Positions 35,236 to 41,805 of a DNA stretch of 41,805 nucleotides are shown in pieces. Numbering within the stretch: the stretch's first letter is position 1; every line of letters begins with the position of its first letter. Source of the stretch: Octopus bimaculoides (Eukaryota). Location of the stretch: contig NC_068982.1 in NCBI RefSeq assembly GCF_001194135.2, positions 136,883,988 to 136,925,792 of the forward strand, written 5' to 3'. Position numbers and translations under genes: made by a program. Under the pieces are notes generated by a model. The model did not search any database, was not told where the DNA came from, and was given only the letters and a program-made list of their open reading frames with translations.

Positions 35236-35535
35236 TGAAGGCGCATGGCTTAGTGGTTAAGGTGTTGCACTCATGATTGAGAGATCATGGGTTCTATTTC
35301 TAGACCAGGCGTTGCGTTGTGTTCTTGAGCAAAGCACTTTATTTCATGCTGCTCTGTGATCATTTCGTTATCTGACATGTAGCACCTGTTGCACCTGTAC
35401 AAGTAATGTCAATCTGATAAAGGGAGTGTGCTTATGTCTACACAGACATTTAATCACTATAAACAAATCATCTGTGTAGTTGTTCGGTAAGAAATTGTCG
35501 AACCCTCATACGTCGTCTAACGATGGAAGAGTCCA
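35236..35535 (+). mobile_element. CORE-like SINE with a third body type
   Basis: GAAGGCGCATGGCTTAGTGG head, GTGTTCTTGAGCAAAGCACTTTATTTCA core, tail GAACCCTCATACGTCGTCTAACGATGGA. Confidence 0.8.
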
Positions 35536-35539
35536 TCAT

Positions 35540-35646
<107 letters not shown>

Positions 35647-36829
35647 TAATTGATCAAGTGGTTATTGTAATGGGCTCACGATCATATGATCATCAGTTTC
35701 ATTCCTAGATTGAGTAGCGAAGAGTCATTAAACAAGGCTCATCAGTTCGCGTCGCACCAGTTTACTCAGCTGAAGATGAGTACCAGTCAAGTGCTGATGC
35801 AATCCTTTTTACCTTCTCTTCGACCCCTGCCTCATCCTCAGTGTTCTCTTGGGCCAAGACTGAGAAGACATAGAGAGTCCTTGTGTCTACTTTCGACAAC
35901 ATGTGCATTTAAATCAGCAAGCGAAAGTGGGGTACACTCAAGCAGATATTCCCTATTCGATAACTTTTTAATCTTCTATCTGATACTGATGTAATGGGGA
36001 TAATTTAATATTCCTTATTCAAATTATTTTGAAACACATTTTAAAACTTTATCAACACTATTTATATGTTAGAGTGGATATCATTATTGTTATAGTGATT
36101 CAGTTAAGCTACAAGCTTTCACACACTCACACATATATTTGATAACTTGCAGGGACTGTGTTAGCAACTCACAAATCGAACATGATGAATTGAGTTTAGA
36201 TATGGTTTCGACTGGCCAACAACTGCCCTGTTCGAATGATTCTCACACATAGTTCTCGTCTGCAATCAAAGAACGCTACAGTTCTTAGCAAATATAAAAT
36301 GGAAGTTGACACGTCCTTAATTAAGGAAAACTTCATTTCTATTTTTGTAATTCTGAAAAAGTTAATATTGACACGTGTTTGTTTGTGTTTTTTTTTTCTT
36401 CTTTTTAACCTAAAATTTATAACGTTAAAAAATAATTCATTTGGTGATAGACATGGAGATTTAATGGGTTACTGAAGAATTGGTTGACTTTTGAATTTAG
36501 CAATGATATTTAGTGTAGTTGTTCCGCACAACATTTCAGAAACTCTCCAAGATCTAAATACCTCTTTTTTTAATTACTGATGTAATTATTCACAACGCAG
36601 GAAAAAAAAATCATTTTCCATTGCGCAATATTTTCCTTAGATTTACAAATAAATTTATTGGAAGTAAAATAAGACCTTAGAAATTATGCCAGACTTTTAT
36701 AAAGAATCGCACTGCGTCGAGAGTTGACATGTAAAAAATGTATATTTTTTGCAGAAGACGACACAAATCCTAATTTTGTTGAAGGAACGTATAAAGGCGT
36801 GAATATAAGATCTATTGGATCTATTTTAA

Positions 36830-37408
36830 AACGGGGGCCACATTTTTCATTAATGTTTTACGCAGTGTTTTTGGTACGGAAAGACTTTCAAACTTCGTAT
36901 ACTTATCTATTTTGTGTTATAGAACAGAAAAATATTTTTGTATTCGAATTTATTTCATGTAAAAAAATTGTCTTATTTCGATAATTTCAACCAATCACTG
37001 ACAAGTATTCAGTTGTTTACATTTACTCCTTTGGCTGATTAAGCGATGTAAAGCGTATTTAATCTCCATACCATCGTTTTATTTGCTTTTTTCATTTTAA
37101 ATTTGCTTTAACCCTAACCCTAACCCTAACCCTAACCCTAACCCTAGGGTTAGGGTTAGGGTTAGGGTTAGGGTTAGGGTTAATTGTTTCAGAATCGTTT
37201 GTTTATGTAGTCGGCACTTAATGTATATCGGCTGAATGGACGTCAGTGATTGGTTGAAATTACAGAAATACGACAACTTTAACATGGAATAACTTATGGA
37301 TTTCTTTTTTTTTTAAGAAGACTAAGAGAAAAAGATGTTTTATATGACACATTCTACCAGTGTTCCAAGTTTCAAAGTGTTTCGTTAATGAAAAATGTGG
37401 CCCCCGTT
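36830..37408. mobile_element. Non-autonomous DNA transposon (MITE), TTAA TSD, possibly Kolobok-type
   Basis: Perfect 24-bp TIR AACGGGGGCCACATTTTTCATTAA (36830-36853 / 37385-37408); TTAA at 36826-29 and 37409-12; inner perfect 21-bp IR (36982-37002 / 37242-37262). Confidence 0.85.
37108..37183. repeat. Interstitial telomeric palindrome TT(AACCCT)6(AGGGTT)6AA
   Basis: Direct reading; perfect 76-bp palindrome with no spacer, centre at 37145/37146. Confidence 0.97.
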
Positions 37409-37744
37409 TTAACCCTTGACGTCCCTGCATCATATAAGATGACAAGACCCAATTTTGTTTCAACCACCAGAATAACTTGCGATTTATGAAAGAAATACTT
37501 TGTATAACTTAGAACGTGTGAAACAAGGGTGGAGACAAGCGTAGACCTTCATGACAAATTATGAGAATGCTTTGTACAGGCAAAAAATTTAAAATGAAGT
37601 AAAGCCTGAATGATTCTATGTAAGAGTTCGGCTGCTCATGGCTACTCAATGAGCAGATGATATTCAAGTAATTGTCATGAAATTGCTTTCTTCAGTGCTT
37701 ATACTGTTCAAACTGCAAATTGAAGTATTTTTATGGCTTTGTTA

Positions 37745-38460
37745 ACGATCAATATTCTTCAGTTCTTTTACACTCTAAAATATGCTAGATCCCTTCATTG
37801 AATGCTTTGAAAAGAATCATCATTTTCTTCCAAATACTCAAATCCTACTTTAATTCGAAGAAAAAGCCCAAGAAATTTCTAGTATTTTTTCAGTAATCCT
37901 TTGAGCGAAGCTTGCTTATTTCTTTACTAATATCTTTAGCAATGGGATTATGTAAAATGTAAAACAGTGAACAAACATTCTTGAGATACAGCTCTGTTTA
38001 AAGGAAATCGTAAACTGTGTAAAGAAAAGAAACAATGACATTTATTCCTCTAAGTGTTGATATTTACTTTAATAGCGACAACATTATATTTGAAGACAAA
38101 AAACGTTCCACCATGTCTATGGAATGTAGTTCATCTCTTGAAGAATTTTATGGTTTCTACAAATTTTTATATTCTAGGAGTGTTTAATACGCTCACAACA
38201 CAGAAACAAGTGAAATTACATTTGTAGTGTTAAACAGGATTGAGACAAAAATTGGCGAAAGTATTCTTCTTTGATAATTACTGTCATTAAATAAACCCAT
38301 AGAACAAGAGATGCAATATAAACCTGAAGGATAGTAATGCAAGAAATGCAGTGAAAAATAGCATTCTGTATCTCAAGAATGGATTTAAAGAGCGATTTCC
38401 AGAGTTGTTAATTCTAAGGCAATGCCTGTTCATCATGTCGGCTATTCAGATTGATTTGTA
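37745..38460 (+). mobile_element. Possible decayed hAT transposase fragment
   Basis: VLLHSKIC*..LNALKRII..LKSYF (cf. LL..TRW..al.Ri..Lk.YF) and downstream FKERFP; many stops and frameshifts. Confidence 0.3.
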
Positions 38461-38845
38461 CTTAAAGCGTCCTCTGTATCTTTCTTGCAGGTGTTGATCT
38501 GCAGCACTTTAAACGAAATATTAATGGCATCTTGGTCACCATTCTTGCAGGCTCTACAAAAGTCAAGGCCCCCCCCCCCCATTCTCCTTGAAACACAGCA
38601 GGTAGAAAGAAAAATCATGTCATGTTTGGTACATATATTTAACATGCTAATCATGACTACCATTTTGTGAATCCTATTTAGAAATTCCTAGCCTCAGTAG
38701 AACTGATATATTTTGTCTCTTTACAAAACAAAAGTATCGTTCAATGATAACATCTTACGTTTCTAAGTTCAAGTGAATAAACAAAATAAGATTGTGTATC
38801 ACTGGTTTTAATTTAGAGTTATTTATTCTTTAAACGATACTTATA

Positions 38846-39250
38846 CTTTTCTACTCTAGGTACAAGGCCCGAAATTTTGGCGGACTGGTACTTAATTTAT
38901 CGACCCCGAAAGGATGAAAGGTAAAGTCGACCTCGGCAGAATTTGAACTCAGAACGTAACGGTAGACAAAAAACCGCTAAGCATTTCGCCCGGCCGGCAT
39001 GCCAACGTTTCTTATTTCTTTATTGCCCACAAGGGACCAAATATAGAGGGCCAAACAAGGACAGACAAAGGGATTAAGTCGATTACATCGACCTCAGTGC
39101 GTAACTGGTACTTAATTTATCGACTCCGAAAACAATGAAAGGTAAAGTCAACTTCGGTGGCATTTGAACTTTGAACTTAAATAACCAAAAGAAAAAAATA
39201 CCTCTAGGCAGGGTGTCCTACGCTCTTACGGTTCCCCCACCTCGGAACCC
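38846..39250 (-). mobile_element. SINE family B heterodimer with a deletion in the right monomer and a diverged left head
   Basis: Linker ACGTTTCTTATTTCTTTATTGCCCACAAG near 39007; about 40 bp missing near 38883. Confidence 0.85.
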
Positions 39251-40070
39251 TAATGATTCAGTTAATGTTAGTCACTAATACTGATTTTGTTTCTCGCTGT
39301 ATACTTACTTTTATTCAACCTTTTTAATGTTCCCTGCATTATATATGTTAACACTAACTTAGCTGTAGTTAATTCTCTTATTCCTGTGTATAACAGTATG
39401 TTTACTTCATCAATCTCAAGAGAAATGAAATACCAAACTAAACTTGGTAGCATTCATGTTTAGAAATACAATACAGGAATCAAAGAACACAAAGACTTAC
39501 TATGCAGCCGCATTGGTATTTATTTTCACTGGAAGATAATTAGTTGCAAGCTACTGGGTGTCGACTGTACAACTCGAGATGCCGTTTTCTTATAATTATT
39601 CAGGAGAGGTTTCATTGATAGTTAGAATATCTGGTTGTATTCGTGGAAAACTATCATATTAAAAAGAATTGAGTTTAAGAAATCTCATAGAATATTTATA
39701 TATATTACGCTTTGCACTAATTAACTATGAACTATATCTCAGTCCAGATGATAACTATCTAAAGCCTGCTAGCCTTACCCATTGAAAATGTAGTATGCTA
39801 TGTGGATTAACACATAACATGCTACACTCCGTTATTCTTCAACAAGTAATTAACAGACTGTCTACTTATCAAATTAGTTAGCAGTGAAATATCTTCAGAA
39901 AATTTTAATATTTTTAACTGTCCGTTGAACCGCTATTTAATCCCAGTTACTGAGGTACTGAGGAAATGGGGGACAAGTTGCCCCATGAATATAAAACCAG
40001 TTTCTTCCTAAATATTTCTCTAGACCAGTGGGTCTCAACTGGGGCCCATATGAACCTAGAGGGTTAATAT

Positions 40071-40451
40071 CGTGACACTCCGACGGTTACGACGACGAGG
40101 GTTCCAGGTGATCCCATCAACGGAACAGCGTGCTCGTGAAATTAAAGTGCAAACTGCTGAGCACTCCACTGACACGTGAACCCTTAACGTAGTTCTCGGG
40201 GATATTCAACGTGACACAGTGTGACAAGGCTGGCCCTTTGAAATAGAGGTACAACAGAAACAGGAAGAAAGCGTGTGAGAAAGTTGTGGTGAAAGAGTAC
40301 AACAGGGTTTGCCACCACCTCCTGCCGGAGCCTCGTGGGGCTTTAGATGTTTTCGCTCAATAAACACTCACAACGCCCGGTCCGGGAATCGAAACCGCGA
40401 TCCTATGACCACGAGTCCGCTGCCCTAACCATTGGGTCATTGCGCCTCCAC
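40071..40451 (-). mobile_element. SINE family C variant, full length
   Basis: Reverse complement of the 32911-33287 type; TSD AGGGTTAATAT (40060-70) / AGGGTTCATAT (40452-62), 10/11. Confidence 0.9.
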
Positions 40452-40815
40452 AGGGTTCATATAAAATTTTATTAANNNNNNNNNNNNNNNNNNNNNNNNN
40501 NNNNNNNNNNNNNNNNNNNNNNNNNNNNNNNNNNNNNNNNNNNNNNNNNNNNNNNNNNNNNNNNNNNNNNNNNNNNNNNNNNNNNNNNNNNNNNNNNNNN
40601 NNNNNNNNNNNNNNNNNNNNNNNNNNNNNNNNNNNNNNNNNNNNNNNNNNNNNNNNNNNNNNNNNNNNNNNNNNNNNNNNNNNNNNNNNNNNNNNNNNNN
40701 NNNNNNNNNNNNNNNNNNNNNNNNNNNNNNNNNNNNNNNNNNNNNNNNNNNNNNNNNNNNNNNNNNNNNNNNNNNNNNNNNNNNNNNNNNNNNNNNNNNN
40801 NNNNNNATATATAAA

Positions 40816-40984
40816 TATATACGACGGGCTTCTTTCAGTTTCCGTCTACCAAATCCACTCACAAGGCTTTGGTCGGCCCGAAGCTATAGTAGAAGACACT
40901 TGCCCAAGGTGCCACGCAGTAGGAATGAACCCGAAACCATGTGGTTGGTAAGCAAGCTACTTACCGCACAGCCACTCCTGCGCC
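40816..40984 (-). mobile_element. SINE family A, 5' half (3' half probably in the gap)
   Basis: Reverse complement reads GGCGCAGGAGTGGCTGTGCGGTAAGTAGCTTGC..GAAAGAAGCCCGTCGTATA. Confidence 0.92.
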
Positions 40985-41805
40985 AAATTCCTAATAATAT
41001 TTAGTTATAAATATATAATGGATTTAAAAAAAAAAACAATGAATGGTTATGGGGTCCGATGGAGTAAAACAGGAATCAAAAGAGAGTTCATAGGTTCAAA
41101 AATATTTGAGAACAGCAGATCTTGACGGTTCTCATGACTTTTACCGAACAATGAAGTTTAAGTTACGACACAGAGATGAAATTGACGCATTCAGACACTC
41201 AAAAAGTATCCATGCAACAGATTTAAACTCCTCAATTATGAAGTGGTATTACATGACTGTATCACTCTATCCATTTAGGCATTTTGGTTTTGTATTCACC
41301 CTCACAGATTTATATATTATTAAATAGCTGAAAACATACGCAAAGCGTAAAGTATATTTTACAAGACATTTAATGTATTTTAGAAATTGATTTGCTTTAA
41401 TTCCAGTATGTAAATGTCCTTATTTGAAAGTATAATGTCAATGCTTCTTTTAAAATATCTACCAAAATGTTTTCTGAAATTGACATAAAATTTACATACC
41501 ATTCTACATAATTTTCTTAAGAATTTACTTCAAAATAAATTTTTACATAAATACAACCGTTTTCTGTTTCATAGAGATTTTTAAACCATTAATGTTTGTA
41601 ATGGAAAATTGTGATAGACATCTCTAAAGGAAGGATATTGCAAGAGCAAGTATGATAGCTCCAACAAAGAATTTAAAGCCGAATCTAGGGCTCTTTTCAC
41701 CAACTTTGTGTCTATGTATATATGTATGTAAGTGTGTGTGTGTGTGTGTGTGAGTGAGTGTGAGTGTGTTTGTAACTAATATATACAAGCACAAACACGC
41801 CTGCA

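Larger units (their letters stand above)
40026..41118. mobile_element. Decayed hAT (Charlie/Buster-like) MITE interrupted by two SINEs and a gap
   Basis: Ends CAGTGGGTCTCAA / TTGAGAACAGCAG (9/13 inverted match); 8-bp flanks CTCTAGAC / ATCTTGAC (6/8). Confidence 0.5.

Noticed and set aside
37108-37183. Telomere-telomere fusion scar interpretation
   Set aside because: Repeat order is opposite to a fusion, and the array is inside a TIR element.
37409-37420. TTAACCCTT piggyBac-like terminus
   Set aside because: No matching opposite end found; the TTAA is explained as the MITE TSD.
38491-38601. 111-nt plus-strand candidate exon with AG/GT boundaries
   Set aside because: Adjoins hAT-like debris, contains a C12 run, has a mediocre donor and gives no recognisable peptide.

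Overview
AT-rich eukaryotic non-coding DNA (intronic or intergenic), with about 6 kb in 13 N-gaps that are mostly bounded by microsatellites. The repeat content (three tRNA-headed SINE families, dense TA/TG/AGAT/ATT microsatellites, LINE and mariner debris) suggests a coleoid cephalopod, most likely Octopus; this is inference, not a database result. No intact host protein-coding gene can be supported. Most ORF-track entries are microsatellite, N-gap or antisense-SINE artefacts. Recognisable coding remnants are all transposon-derived: an L1/Tx1-type ORF1 with a broken zinc knuckle, a D34D mariner transposase, an R4/Dong-type RT fragment, and weaker CR1-like and hAT-like traces. The most interesting signals are structural. 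(1) A type I hammerhead ribozyme with a complete catalytic core (20417-20473) sits in a 170-bp foldback element whose arm would sequester it, about 170 bp from a perfect 35-bp-arm hairpin. (2) A TTAA-flanked MITE has nested inverted repeats and a perfect 76-bp telomere-repeat palindrome in the non-fusion orientation (36826-37412). (3) A heterodimeric SINE moved as one unit, and its free left monomer is also present with a perfect TSD. SINE family labels A, B and C are my own.
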